This document shows, in pieces, positions 1-9,219 of a DNA stretch of 64,000 nucleotides. The position numbers and the translations under genes were made by a program. The notes under the pieces are model-generated. The model was not told the origin of the DNA and ran no database searches. It worked only from the letters and a program-made list of their open reading frames with translations. This stretch comes from Pseudonocardiaceae bacterium. Its GTDB lineage: Bacteria > Actinomycetota > Actinomycetes > Mycobacteriales > Pseudonocardiaceae. The stretch is taken from contig DATFHN010000109.1 of the NCBI GenBank assembly GCA_035248365.1, positions 8,682 through 72,681 on the forward strand, in the 5' to 3' direction. Position 1 is the stretch's first letter. Each line of letters opens with the position of its first letter.

Positions 1-558
1 AGCGCGATCGCGCCCTATCAGCCGCTCATCCGGCACAGCATCGACGAGGACCACGCCAACCGGGCGCGTGGCCTGGCCGGGGGTGGCATCGAGGGACTGT
101 TCGGCAGCATCGGGGCCGGGCTGCGCTGGCGGGCGCCGGTGCTGGAGGTCGACTACCGCACCGACAAGGACCTCTACCTCAACGGCCGTGGCCTGCGCGT
201 GGTGCCCTCGTTCTTCAGCCGGGGCACCGCGGACTCGCTCGCCGACACGTCGCTGGCGCCGGTGCTGATCTTCCCGATCGACCAGGATTACCGCTGGCCG
301 CACGTGATGACCGAGGACGGCCGGCGATCCCTGGAAGCGTTGCTGGGCGCGACCCGGGCGGCGGTGCTGTGCGCGGTCAGCCCGAGTGCGACCACCACCC
401 AAGTGGCGCACCGGCTGAACACCTCGCTGGCCTCGGTCAGCAGGCACACCGCCGTACTGCGCAACGCCGGGCTGATCACGACCCACCGCAACGGCGCCGC
501 CGTCGTGCACGCGCTGACTCCCCTGGGCACGGCGCTGCTCGAACACCACCAGTCCTGA
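1..558 (+). CDS. ArsR-family winged-helix transcriptional regulator (5' partial, runs off window edge)
   Basis: Open frame from base 1; C-terminal wHTH 'ATTTQVAHRLNTSLASVSRHTAVLRNAGLITTHRNG...HALTPLG'. Confidence 0.8.
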   Translation, partial: SAIAPYQPLIRHSIDEDHANRARGLAGGGIEGLFGSIGAGLRWRAPVLEVDYRTDKDLYLNGRGLRVVPSFFSRGTADSLADTSLAPVLIFPIDQDYRWPHVMTEDGRRSLEALLGATRAAVLCAVSPSATTTQVAHRLNTSLASVSRHTAVLRNAGLITTHRNGAAVVHALTPLGTALLEHHQS

Positions 559-598
559 ACGCGCGGTGGTGTTCGAGCAGCAGGTCACCTTTCGTTCG

Positions 599-3046
599 TC
601 AGTTGCGCAGGATGCACAGGATCGAGCAGGCGACGGCGGAGGAACTCGCGGTCGTGGTCGGCTGGGTGCCTGCCGGCGAGTTGGCCGCGACGAACGACGC
701 GGATGCCGTGTTGGTCAACGGCAACAGCGACACCAGGATCGACGTCGAGCAGAACACCTGCTTGCTGGCGCCCGCGGCGAGAGCGAAGGTGCCCGGGTTG
801 GTCCGGCAGGTCGGCTCGACCTGGTCGTTGATCGACACGTTGGTCGCGTCGACCGGACCGCTGTTGGTCACGGTGATCCGCCATCTCGGATGGGCCAGCA
901 GCACGCCGAGAATACCGACCGGCGCCTGTTTCACCCAGGGGCCCGCACCACCCGGCCCGCAGTCCTGATCGTCGTTCGACGCGCAGATCTCCTTGTTCAC
1001 GGTCACGTTCGGCTGGCAGCCGGCGCCGGGCGCGACCGGCAGCGAGACCGTGTTGGAGGTCAGTGTTCCAGTGGCGTCCGAGCCGGTCGCGGTGTCCGAG
1101 ACCGAGGTCGCGGTGCAGGTGGGCGCGACCGTGGTCTGCAGGCAGATCTGCGGCGAGTCACCGTCGAAGGCGACCACGACGTGCGGCTGGTTGCCGCCGG
1201 TGAAGTCGTTGCTGTTCAACAGCACCAGGTGCACCGACACGGTGATGCTCGGATGATCGGTCACCGATATCCCGGACAGGTCCAGGCTGCCATCCGCCGC
1301 GAAGGCAGGCCGGGCGATCAGGGTCCCGTTCGGGTCGGTCACATCGGCGGTGGACGCGGCCAGATCGACGTCGGCGACGTTGATCCCTTCCAGGGTGGCC
1401 TTGGTGTAGCCACGGATGTGGCCGGTGCCACCGTCACAGTAGAAAGTGGACGGTGACAGCGTCACCGAAGCTCCACTGTGGATACACGGCGAACTGCCGG
1501 TGGTCGGGTCCTCGGAGAACAGGATGCCGGCATCGCCCAGGCCGAACAGGCACTGTGTCGTCGCGTCGTAGGAATAGCCGTAGTCGCGGGTGGTGCCACC
1601 GTTGACGTTCGGATGGGCGTCGGGCAACGGGAATCCGGCGCACGGCGCGGCGTTCGTCCAGTCGTAGCAGACGGTCCAGCCGTTGTTGGCGGCCGACCAC
1701 ATGCCGGTGTAGCTCTTCAGGTCGCCGCCGGGCGCGCGGGCGGTTTCGGTGCTGAACACCGAGCGGCCACTGTCACCGTTGAACACGCTCGGTGGGGTCA
1801 GAGCGGAACCGTTGACCGCGAAGCAGGTGGTGATGACCGTGCCGCTGGTGGTGCTGCACGCGCCGACGTCGGTGCCGGCCTGACTGTAATAGGTGTAGGC
1901 GCTGAACGTGCCGACCCCGGCCGGGGCCAGCGGTTTCGCGCTCGCCCAGTTGGCGCACGCGGTGTTCGTGGCCGGGTCGAAACAGCCGAGCACCGGCGCG
2001 GCACCGGATGGCGATGAGGAGATGAACACCTTGCCGCCCGCGACGGCCAGCGAGCCCTCGAAGTTCGCCGCCGCGCCGACCCGGTTGCCCGGCACGACCG
2101 GGGCGTACGGCTCGCCCGCGCACGGCGCCTGGGACGCGATGGTCAGGCACAGCACGCTGCCGTCAACGCCGACGCCGTAGAGGTTGCCGCCGTTGGCGAC
2201 GAAACCGGACAGCGTCCCGTTCGGGACCGACTGCAGCGGGAAGTACCCGCAGTTGGCCTGCGCGCCCATGTCCAGGCAGCCGACGCCGACCGAGGACGCG
2301 GTGATCGCGGCGTAGTAGACGACCCCGGGCCGGTTCGGGTCCTGGACGTACTGCGGGGTCAGCGAGGTGGCGATGTCGCCGGTGCTGCCCGAGCCGAGCG
2401 GGCCGGGGGCGGTGTTGAGCGGTTTGGGCCACGGGCCGCCCGCGCACGGCGCGCCGGTGGTGAGGTCGGAGCAGACCGCCTTCGGTGCGGCCGCGAAGTC
2501 GTGGTGGTAGATGTTCCAGGCCTGGACGTGGCCGGCGGCGTCGCGGTAGACGATCGGCGAGTAGCCGTCGCCGCCGGTCGCCGTCGCGGTCGGCTGGACC
2601 GGCGCGAGCAGCAGGTTGCCGAGGTTGGTGCCGCCCTGGCGGGCGGTCGGGTTGGTGGCGCGCACCGCGACCGTGGCGGCGCCCGGGTCGGTCGGGCCGA
2701 AGTTGGTGCCGTCGGTGGAGTAGGACGGGGTCCAGCCCTGGGGCACCCGCACCGAGCCGGGCACGAAGGTCTGGCCGGTGCCCGCGTTCGCGATCGGGTC
2801 GGTGATGGTGGCCGCGGCCGGGCCGGGGCCCGCGTTGTCGGTGTAGCTGAGTACCCAGTTCAGCGTGTCACCGTGGCTGACCGGGCTGGCGCCGGGCTGG
2901 GTCACGTCCTGAACCGACTTGGCCAGCACGCTCGGCGCGGGTGCGGCCTGTGCGGGCAGGGCCACCGCGAAACCGGCGACCGCCGCGCTCACCGCGCCGA
3001 CGACCGTAAATGCGCGCATCGCTGCGCGCACGGATCTTCGCTGCAT
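599..3046 (-). CDS. Large secreted Cys-rich protein with DUF11-like Ig modules and probable disulfide-bonded beta-propeller
   Basis: 815 aa, strong GC3 bias, signal peptide ending AQA, repeated C-x8-C motifs, 'WRITVTNSGPVDATNVSIND' DUF11-like motif, RBS GAGGA upstream. Confidence 0.75.
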   Translation of the reverse strand: MQRRSVRAAMRAFTVVGAVSAAVAGFAVALPAQAAPAPSVLAKSVQDVTQPGASPVSHGDTLNWVLSYTDNAGPGPAAATITDPIANAGTGQTFVPGSVRVPQGWTPSYSTDGTNFGPTDPGAATVAVRATNPTARQGGTNLGNLLLAPVQPTATATGGDGYSPIVYRDAAGHVQAWNIYHHDFAAAPKAVCSDLTTGAPCAGGPWPKPLNTAPGPLGSGSTGDIATSLTPQYVQDPNRPGVVYYAAITASSVGVGCLDMGAQANCGYFPLQSVPNGTLSGFVANGGNLYGVGVDGSVLCLTIASQAPCAGEPYAPVVPGNRVGAAANFEGSLAVAGGKVFISSSPSGAAPVLGCFDPATNTACANWASAKPLAPAGVGTFSAYTYYSQAGTDVGACSTTSGTVITTCFAVNGSALTPPSVFNGDSGRSVFSTETARAPGGDLKSYTGMWSAANNGWTVCYDWTNAAPCAGFPLPDAHPNVNGGTTRDYGYSYDATTQCLFGLGDAGILFSEDPTTGSSPCIHSGASVTLSPSTFYCDGGTGHIRGYTKATLEGINVADVDLAASTADVTDPNGTLIARPAFAADGSLDLSGISVTDHPSITVSVHLVLLNSNDFTGGNQPHVVVAFDGDSPQICLQTTVAPTCTATSVSDTATGSDATGTLTSNTVSLPVAPGAGCQPNVTVNKEICASNDDQDCGPGGAGPWVKQAPVGILGVLLAHPRWRITVTNSGPVDATNVSINDQVEPTCRTNPGTFALAAGASKQVFCSTSILVSLLPLTNTASASFVAANSPAGTQPTTTASSSAVACSILCILRN

Positions 3047-3261
3047 TGTTTGTCCTCATTCCCCATGATGGACGAAATGGAATACGCGGACGTCCGGAGG
3101 TGAAGTCTAAGAAGCCGGTGGCAGCGAAAACAACGAGCGTCACTGGTTCGAACGAATGAGCCATCCGTCCGGCCTAACCGTTCGATATCGCGGAAGAATT
3201 CGTCGAATTCGGTATCACTTTCCGGCCGATGCCCGCATACGAATGCGCGCGGCGACCCCCA

Positions 3262-3287
3262 GATTGAGCAAGAACAAGACTGGGTAG
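3262..3287 (+). promoter_or_regulatory. SigB/SigF-type promoter for cupin gene
   Basis: GATT-N16-GGGTAG, 9 nt before ATG 3297. Confidence 0.6.
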
Positions 3288-3296
3288 TCAGCTGCC

Positions 3297-3623
3297 ATGC
3301 AGAAGTTCTCGCTCGACGCGCTGGCCCGCGAACACCTGGAACGAGCCGCGGCCAGTGCCACCCACCGCAGCGCCGACACGGTCTACGGCGGACACGAACA
3401 CACCCTGCGCCAGACGGTGCTCGCGCTGCTGGCCGGCGCGTCGCTGGCCGAACACGAGAGTCCCGGCGAGGCCACCCTGCTGGTGCTGCGCGGCCGGGTC
3501 CAGTTGCACGCGGGCGAGGACACCTGGGCCGGGCGCACCGGCGATCTGCTGGTCCTGCCCTCGGCCCGGCACAGCCTGGACGCGGTCGAGGACAGCGTGG
3601 TACTGCTGACCGTCGCCAAATAG
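3297..3623 (+). CDS. Cupin-domain protein
   Basis: 'LAEHESPGEATLLVLRGRV...GDLLVLPSARHSLDAVEDSVVLLTV' cupin motifs. Confidence 0.85.
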   Translation: MQKFSLDALAREHLERAAASATHRSADTVYGGHEHTLRQTVLALLAGASLAEHESPGEATLLVLRGRVQLHAGEDTWAGRTGDLLVLPSARHSLDAVEDSVVLLTVAK

Positions 3624-3624
3624 C

Positions 3625-4068
3625 TCAGGCGGGCGAGGCCAGCCGGTCGTCCTCGGCGATGCCGTTGAGCTGGGCGCGCAGCTCGTCGGCCACGGTCGCG
3701 CCGAGCACTCCGGCCACCTGGGCCTGGGCGGCGCGCCAGAACACCTTCGCCTGCTCGAACCGGCCGCGTCCTTCGCCGGTCAGGGTGACCCGCACGCTGC
3801 GCCGGTCGGCGGTGTCCTTGACCAGCCGGATCAGCCCGTCCCGCTGCAACGGCCGTAGCGAGTGGCCGAGACCGGAGCGGTCCAGCACCAGGGCGCCGGC
3901 CAGCTCGTTGATGGTGAGCGGGCCGGCGAGCAGTTCGCCGAGGATCGCGTACTGCGTCGAGCGCAGCCCGGCGGGTGCCAGCGCCTCGTCGTAGAGCCCG
4001 GTGAGCCGCCGCGACGCCTTGCGCAGCGCGGTCGCGTAGCAGGTCTGTGATTCTGCTGGCTGGACCAT
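3625..4068 (-). CDS. MarR-family transcriptional regulator
   Basis: 'CYATALRKASRRLTGLYD...DRRSVRVTLTGEG'; start reassigned to ATG 4068 with GGAGG RBS. Confidence 0.9.
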   Translation of the reverse strand: MVQPAESQTCYATALRKASRRLTGLYDEALAPAGLRSTQYAILGELLAGPLTINELAGALVLDRSGLGHSLRPLQRDGLIRLVKDTADRRSVRVTLTGEGRGRFEQAKVFWRAAQAQVAGVLGATVADELRAQLNGIAEDDRLASPA

Positions 4069-4126
4069 GTTTCTCGCCTCCTGACCTGCGCAACGTCCGG
4101 GGTCGGGCCAGCATGCCACACAATGC

Positions 4127-4161
4127 GGGCATGTGCCCTCAATCACTATGGGCATATGCCC
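4127..4161. promoter_or_regulatory. Tandem palindromic operator (probable MarR sites)
   Basis: GGGCATGTGCCC (4127-4138) and perfect palindrome GGGCATATGCCC (4150-4161) between divergent marR and nmrA. Confidence 0.6.
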
Positions 4162-4185
4162 TTATATCGCGGTGTTGCACCGGTC

Positions 4186-5070
4186 ATGACACGCAACCTG
4201 CTCATCACCGGCGCCACCGGCAAGACCGGCTCGCACGCCACCCGCACCCTGCTCGACCAGGGCCACCACGTTCGCGCCCTGGTCCATCGCGATGACGAAC
4301 GCTCGCAGCGGCTGGCCGAGGCCGGCGCCGAGATCGTCGTCGCCGATCTGGCCGATCTCGACGCGGTGAGCCGTGCCGCCAAGGGCATCGACGCCGCCTA
4401 CCTGACCTACCCGATCCAGCCCGGCCTGCTGGACGTCACCGCGACCTTCCTGCAAGCCGCCGAGGAGAACAACGTCGGCGCGATCGTGAGCATGTCGCAG
4501 AAGTCGGCCCGGCGGGAAGCGGTCAGCAAAGCCGCCCGCCACCACTGGCTCGGCGAGCGCCTGCTGGACCACTTCAGCGGCACGGTCACGCACATCCGGC
4601 CCACGTTCTTCGCGGAATGGCTGATCAACTTCTTCGACCGCGACACCGGCGAACTCCGGCTTCCCTTCGGCGACGGCCGCCACGCCCCGATCGCCGCCGA
4701 GGACCAGGGCCGCGTCATCGCCGCGATCCTGACCGACCCCGAGCCGCACGCGGGCAAGATCTATCCGCTCTACGGTCCGGTCGAAATGGACCACTACCAG
4801 ATCGCCGAGGCGATGACCGGCGCGCTGGGCCGCAAGGTCACCTACGTGCCGATCGAACTGGACGAGTTCGCGGCCGTGATCGGCGGCTTCGGCCGCGGCG
4901 AGCACCTGGTGCAGCACCTGGTCAACGTTGCCATCGACTACCGCAACGGCATCTTCGCAGGCACCAACGACATCGTCCGCGACGTCACCGGGACCGAGCC
5001 GCTGACCGTCGAAGCGTTCGTGGCACGCAACCGGGCCTACTACGCGGACACCTCCGGCGTCATCCTTTGA
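4186..5070 (+). CDS. NmrA-family NAD(P)H-binding protein
   Basis: 'LLITGATGKTG' Rossmann motif, 'HIRPTFFAEW'. Confidence 0.9.
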   Translation: MTRNLLITGATGKTGSHATRTLLDQGHHVRALVHRDDERSQRLAEAGAEIVVADLADLDAVSRAAKGIDAAYLTYPIQPGLLDVTATFLQAAEENNVGAIVSMSQKSARREAVSKAARHHWLGERLLDHFSGTVTHIRPTFFAEWLINFFDRDTGELRLPFGDGRHAPIAAEDQGRVIAAILTDPEPHAGKIYPLYGPVEMDHYQIAEAMTGALGRKVTYVPIELDEFAAVIGGFGRGEHLVQHLVNVAIDYRNGIFAGTNDIVRDVTGTEPLTVEAFVARNRAYYADTSGVIL

Positions 5071-5890
5071 CCGCGCCGGTCAACCCGCCGACGATGCGCC
5101 GCTCGGCGAACACGAACAGGCCCAGCGCGGGCACCATCGACAACGCGGTGAACGCGAGGACCCGGGCGGTGTCCTGGGAGTACTGCGACTGAAAACTGGC
5201 CACCCCGAGCGGCAGCGTGAAGTGCTGGGTGTCGTTGAACACCACCAGCGGCAGCAGGTAGGTGTTCCAGCTGGTCACGAAGGCGAGCACGGCGACGGTC
5301 ATCAGCGCGGGCCGGGACAGCGGCAGCAGGACGCGGGCGAAGAAACCGAGTCGGGTGGCGCCGTCGAGCACGGCGGCGTCCTCGATCTCGTCCGGAATGG
5401 CGCTCATGAACGGGCGCAGGATCACGATGGTGACCGGCAGCGAGAACGCCGCCTCGGGCAGCGCCACGCCCAGCGGGTTCTCCAGCAGGTTCAGGTCCCG
5501 CAGCCACAGATACAGCGGGAGGGTGGCCACGCCGATCGGGAACAGCAAACCCACCGTGAACAAGCCATAAATGGCTTCGCTGGCCCGGAATCGGTAGCGG
5601 GACAACGCGAAACCGGCCATGCTGCCCAGCGCGACGGCCAGTCCGGTCGCGATCGCGGCGATCACCGCGCTGTTGGCCAGGAACCGCCAGAACGCGGGCG
5701 AGGTGACGATGGCGCGATAGTTGGTCAGCACCCACGGCTGGGGGAGGCCGGACGGGTTGGCGTTGATCTGGGCGGTGGTGCGGAAACCGCCGACGATCAC
5801 GAACAGCAGCGGCACCACGGTCACGCCGGTGACGAGGATCGCGGCGAGGTAGGCCAACGGGGTGCCCCACCCGCCTCTGCGCGTCTTCAC
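5060..5890 (-). CDS. Carbohydrate ABC transporter permease (MalG-like)
   Basis: EAA motif 'IPDEIEDAAVLDGA', C-terminus 'GLTGAVKG'. Confidence 0.92.
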   Translation of the reverse strand: MKTRRGGWGTPLAYLAAILVTGVTVVPLLFVIVGGFRTTAQINANPSGLPQPWVLTNYRAIVTSPAFWRFLANSAVIAAIATGLAVALGSMAGFALSRYRFRASEAIYGLFTVGLLFPIGVATLPLYLWLRDLNLLENPLGVALPEAAFSLPVTIVILRPFMSAIPDEIEDAAVLDGATRLGFFARVLLPLSRPALMTVAVLAFVTSWNTYLLPLVVFNDTQHFTLPLGVASFQSQYSQDTARVLAFTALSMVPALGLFVFAERRIVGGLTGAVKG

Positions 5891-5893
5891 GAT

Positions 5894-6799
5894 TCAGCCC
5901 GCGATCGAGGTCAGGGCGCCGTTGGTGTCCCGGCGCAGCGCGAAACGTTGGTAGAGCAGGGCGAAGGTGAAACAGATCGCGAACAGCACCACCGCGACCG
6001 CGCTGCCGTAACCGAACTCGTAGCGTTTGAAGCCGTGGTCGATCACGTAGGTCGCCATGGTGGTGGAGGCGTTGGCCGGGCCGCCGGCGGTGGCGATCCA
6101 GACCAGGTCGAACAGTTGCAGCGAACCGATCACGGACAGGAAGATCCAGATCCGGATGGTCGGGCCGAGCAGCGGGATCATCACGTGCCGGGCGGTCTGC
6201 CAGCCGGTCGCGCCATCCAGCGCGGACGCTTCCCGCAACTCCCCCGGTATCCCCTGCAATCCGGCCAGCAGCAGGATGATGCCGAAGCCGATGTACTTCC
6301 AGGTGATCACCACGAACAGCGTGTAGAGCACCAGGTGCGGGTCGGCCAGCCACAGGTGTACGAGCCCGCCGAGCCCGACCGCCTTGAACATGGTGTCGAC
6401 GAACCCGCCCGGTTGCAACATCAGCAGCCAGATCACCGCGGTGACCGCCTCGGACAGCACGTACGGCGCGAAGATCACCAGCCGGAAGAACGCGCGCCCG
6501 CGCAGCCGCCGGTTGAGCAGCATGGCCAGCCCGATGCTCAACGGCAACTGGATCACCAGCGACAACCCGACGATGATCAGGTTGTGCACGACCGCGTGCT
6601 GGAACACCGGCCCGGTCACGGTCAGCTGGTAGTTCTGGATGCCGACGAAATCACTCAGCGGCCCGAACCCGCTCCAGTTGAACAGGCTGTAGTAGACCGC
6701 GATCCCGATCGGCACCAGCACGAACCCGGTGAACAGCACCAGGGCCGGACCGAGCAGCACCACCAGTTCCAGCGTTTTGCGCCGACTGATGCCGATCAT
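5894..6799 (-). CDS. Carbohydrate ABC transporter permease (MalF-like)
   Basis: 'LAGLQGIPGELREASALDGA' EAA motif, TM helices. Confidence 0.92.
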   Translation of the reverse strand: MIGISRRKTLELVVLLGPALVLFTGFVLVPIGIAVYYSLFNWSGFGPLSDFVGIQNYQLTVTGPVFQHAVVHNLIIVGLSLVIQLPLSIGLAMLLNRRLRGRAFFRLVIFAPYVLSEAVTAVIWLLMLQPGGFVDTMFKAVGLGGLVHLWLADPHLVLYTLFVVITWKYIGFGIILLLAGLQGIPGELREASALDGATGWQTARHVMIPLLGPTIRIWIFLSVIGSLQLFDLVWIATAGGPANASTTMATYVIDHGFKRYEFGYGSAVAVVLFAICFTFALLYQRFALRRDTNGALTSIAG

Positions 6800-8088
6800 C
6801 AGCGGCCCCCGGTCGCCGCCTGGTTGACCGACTGCACGACGGTCGCGGCGGTGCCCTGGCCGGCGAAGAAGTTCGCCGTGGCCGCGTCGAGCGCCTGGCC
6901 GATGTTGGTCGGCAGGTCAATGTCGAAGTAGTTCTGCAGGTAAGGTGCCTTCTGGCTGTAGGCAAGCACCTGGCGCAGGGTCGGGTTGGTGATCGCCGAG
7001 GCCGCGGCCGGGTTGGCGGGCAGTCCGCTGCCGATGCCGGCCAGCGTGCGTTGCACCGGGGTGCTGGCGATGTACTGGAGGAACCCGACGCAGGCCGATG
7101 CCGCGCGAGTGGTGCAGGAGAAGCCGTCACCGCCGCCGAGCACCGCGCCCGCCTCGCCCTTGCCGCCCGGCACGGTCGGGAACGGGAACCAGCCCAGGTC
7201 GTTGACCAGGTTCTTGTCATTGGTCAGGGAAGCCATCGTGCCGGGTTCCCAGTCGCCCTGAAGTTCCATGGCGGCCTGGCCGTTGGCGACCAAGCCCGCC
7301 GAACTGCCCGCGCCCTGCTGGGCTGGGGTGCCGAGGAAACCGGTCTGGAACGGGTTGTGCGAGAGCAGCGTGGTGACGTCGTTGCCGGCCTTGATCCAGC
7401 ACGCGTCGGTGAGGTTGTGCGCGTCGATCTGCGCTCGCGCCGTCGAGGCCGAGCATTCGCGTAACGCGAAGTAATCCCAGTAGAACCCGTCGGGCCACTG
7501 GTCCTTGCTGCCGATGGCGACCGGCTGGATCCCGTGCTGGCGCAGCGTTGCCACGTCGGCGTAGAACTGATCCATTGTGGATGGTGTGCCGGTGATGCCT
7601 GCTCGCGCGAAGATGTCCTTGCGGTACCAGAAGCCGACCACGTGCACGTCGTAGGGCACGCCGTACTGGCGGCCGTTGACCTGCCAGCGCTGCGCTGCGT
7701 TGCCGAGTTCGCTGATCCAGCCCGACACGTCGTCGGTGATGTCGGCGACCTTGCCCGAGTTGATCTGGCTGGCCTCGTTGCCACCGCCCCACTGCTGGTA
7801 GATGTCCGGCGGATTGGCCGACTGGAGCGCCAGCGGCATCTTGGTGGTGAAATCCTCGTTCTGGATCGGGTCGATCTGGAAGGACACGTCCGGATGGGCC
7901 TTGTGGTAGGCATCCGCGACCTGCTGCCAGGTCGACTTCACCGGGTCGGTGGTGCCGTTGTGCCACCAGGACAGCGTCACCGGGCCGCCTGCGGCCACGC
8001 CCGAACCCGACCCTCCACCGCCGCAGGCCGCGGTGAGCGCGACCAGCGTGGAGAACATGACGACGAGCCATTTGCGAGGTGTGCGCAT
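6799..8088 (-). CDS. Sugar ABC transporter substrate-binding lipoprotein (BxlE-like)
   Basis: Lipobox 'LTAAC', 'PPDIYQQWGGG'; start ATG 8088 within the longer ORF. Confidence 0.9.
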   Translation of the reverse strand: MRTPRKWLVVMFSTLVALTAACGGGGSGSGVAAGGPVTLSWWHNGTTDPVKSTWQQVADAYHKAHPDVSFQIDPIQNEDFTTKMPLALQSANPPDIYQQWGGGNEASQINSGKVADITDDVSGWISELGNAAQRWQVNGRQYGVPYDVHVVGFWYRKDIFARAGITGTPSTMDQFYADVATLRQHGIQPVAIGSKDQWPDGFYWDYFALRECSASTARAQIDAHNLTDACWIKAGNDVTTLLSHNPFQTGFLGTPAQQGAGSSAGLVANGQAAMELQGDWEPGTMASLTNDKNLVNDLGWFPFPTVPGGKGEAGAVLGGGDGFSCTTRAASACVGFLQYIASTPVQRTLAGIGSGLPANPAAASAITNPTLRQVLAYSQKAPYLQNYFDIDLPTNIGQALDAATANFFAGQGTAATVVQSVNQAATGGR

Positions 8089-8170
8089 TTCCGGTCCACT
8101 CCTGACGACTGCGGCGGGATGGCCCTGCGGATGGCTGAGTGTTGCGCCAGCTCGGAGCGATGTCAATCGT

Positions 8171-8199
8171 TGTCGATAACGTTTTACACGGGCTATGGT
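8171..8199 (+). promoter_or_regulatory. LacI-type operator plus housekeeping -10 of leaderless lacI gene
   Basis: GATAACGTTTTAC near-palindrome with central CG; TATGGT 6 nt before GTG 8206. Confidence 0.55.
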
Positions 8200-8205
8200 G
8201 AGCCG

Positions 8206-9219
8206 GTGCAGCCGTCTCCCCGCGTGACCATCCGTGACGTCGCCGAACGCGCAGGCGTCTCGGTCGCGACCGTGTCCAAGGTGATCAACCAACGCTACGG
8301 GGTTGCCGCGAACACCTTCGCCAAGGTGCAGTCGGTGATCCAGGAACTCGGCTACGAGGCGAGCCTGGTCGCGCAGAGCCTGCGCAACCATCAGACCAAC
8401 GTCATCGGCATCCTGGTCGCCGACCTCGAACCGTTCAGCGCCGAACTGCTCAAGGGCGCGGGCGACGCGATCCGCGGCAGCGGCTTCGAACTCGTCGTCT
8501 ACTCGGCGGGCGGACGGGTCGGCGATCACGTCGGCTGGGAACGCCGCTACCTCTCGCGGCTGAGCGGCACCCTCGTGGACGGCGCCGTGCTGGTCACGCC
8601 GACCGTCATCGATGTCCAATATGGAGCGCCGGTGGTCGCGGTCGACCCGCACACCGGTCCTTCCGGGCTGCCCACGGTCGATTCCGACAACTTCACCGGC
8701 GCCCGGCTCGCCGTCGAGCACCTGCTCGAACTCGGGCACCGCCGCATCGGCCTGATCTCCGGCCGCCCCGACCTGCAATCCGCGCAGCTGCGCGAAGGCG
8801 GCTACCGCGAAGCGCTGATGTCGGCCGGGATCGCGGTCACCGACGACCTGATCGCGGTCGGCGAATACGACCCCGACGTCTCCACCCGCGCCGCCCGCAC
8901 CCTGCTCGCCCGGCCGGACCGGCCGACCGCGATCTTCGCCGCCAACGACCTCTCCGCCATCGCCACCATCGGCGTTGCCCGCGAACTCGGCCTCGACGTG
9001 CCCGGCGACCTGTCGGTGATCGGCTTCGACAACCTCCCCGAATCCGCGCTCGCGTCTCCCCCGCTGACCACCGTGAACCAGCCGATCCGGGCGATGGGCC
9101 GGCACGCCATCGACATGCTGATCAAACTGATCCGCGGCGAACAACCCGGCACCGCGCACCTGACCCTGGCCACCGAGCTGGTGATCCGCCAGACGACGGC
9201 GCCGAACGGAACCCGGTGA
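8206..9219 (+). CDS. LacI-family transcriptional regulator (BxlR-like)
   Basis: 'VTIRDVAERAGVSVATVSKVIN' HTH; 'VPGDLSVIGFD', 'PPLTTVNQP'. Confidence 0.93.
   Translation: MQPSPRVTIRDVAERAGVSVATVSKVINQRYGVAANTFAKVQSVIQELGYEASLVAQSLRNHQTNVIGILVADLEPFSAELLKGAGDAIRGSGFELVVYSAGGRVGDHVGWERRYLSRLSGTLVDGAVLVTPTVIDVQYGAPVVAVDPHTGPSGLPTVDSDNFTGARLAVEHLLELGHRRIGLISGRPDLQSAQLREGGYREALMSAGIAVTDDLIAVGEYDPDVSTRAARTLLARPDRPTAIFAANDLSAIATIGVARELGLDVPGDLSVIGFDNLPESALASPPLTTVNQPIRAMGRHAIDMLIKLIRGEQPGTAHLTLATELVIRQTTAPNGTR

Noticed and set aside
3196-3210. GAATTC-GTC-GAATTC palindrome upstream of the secreted protein
   Set aside because: A single short element with no second copy; cannot be assigned
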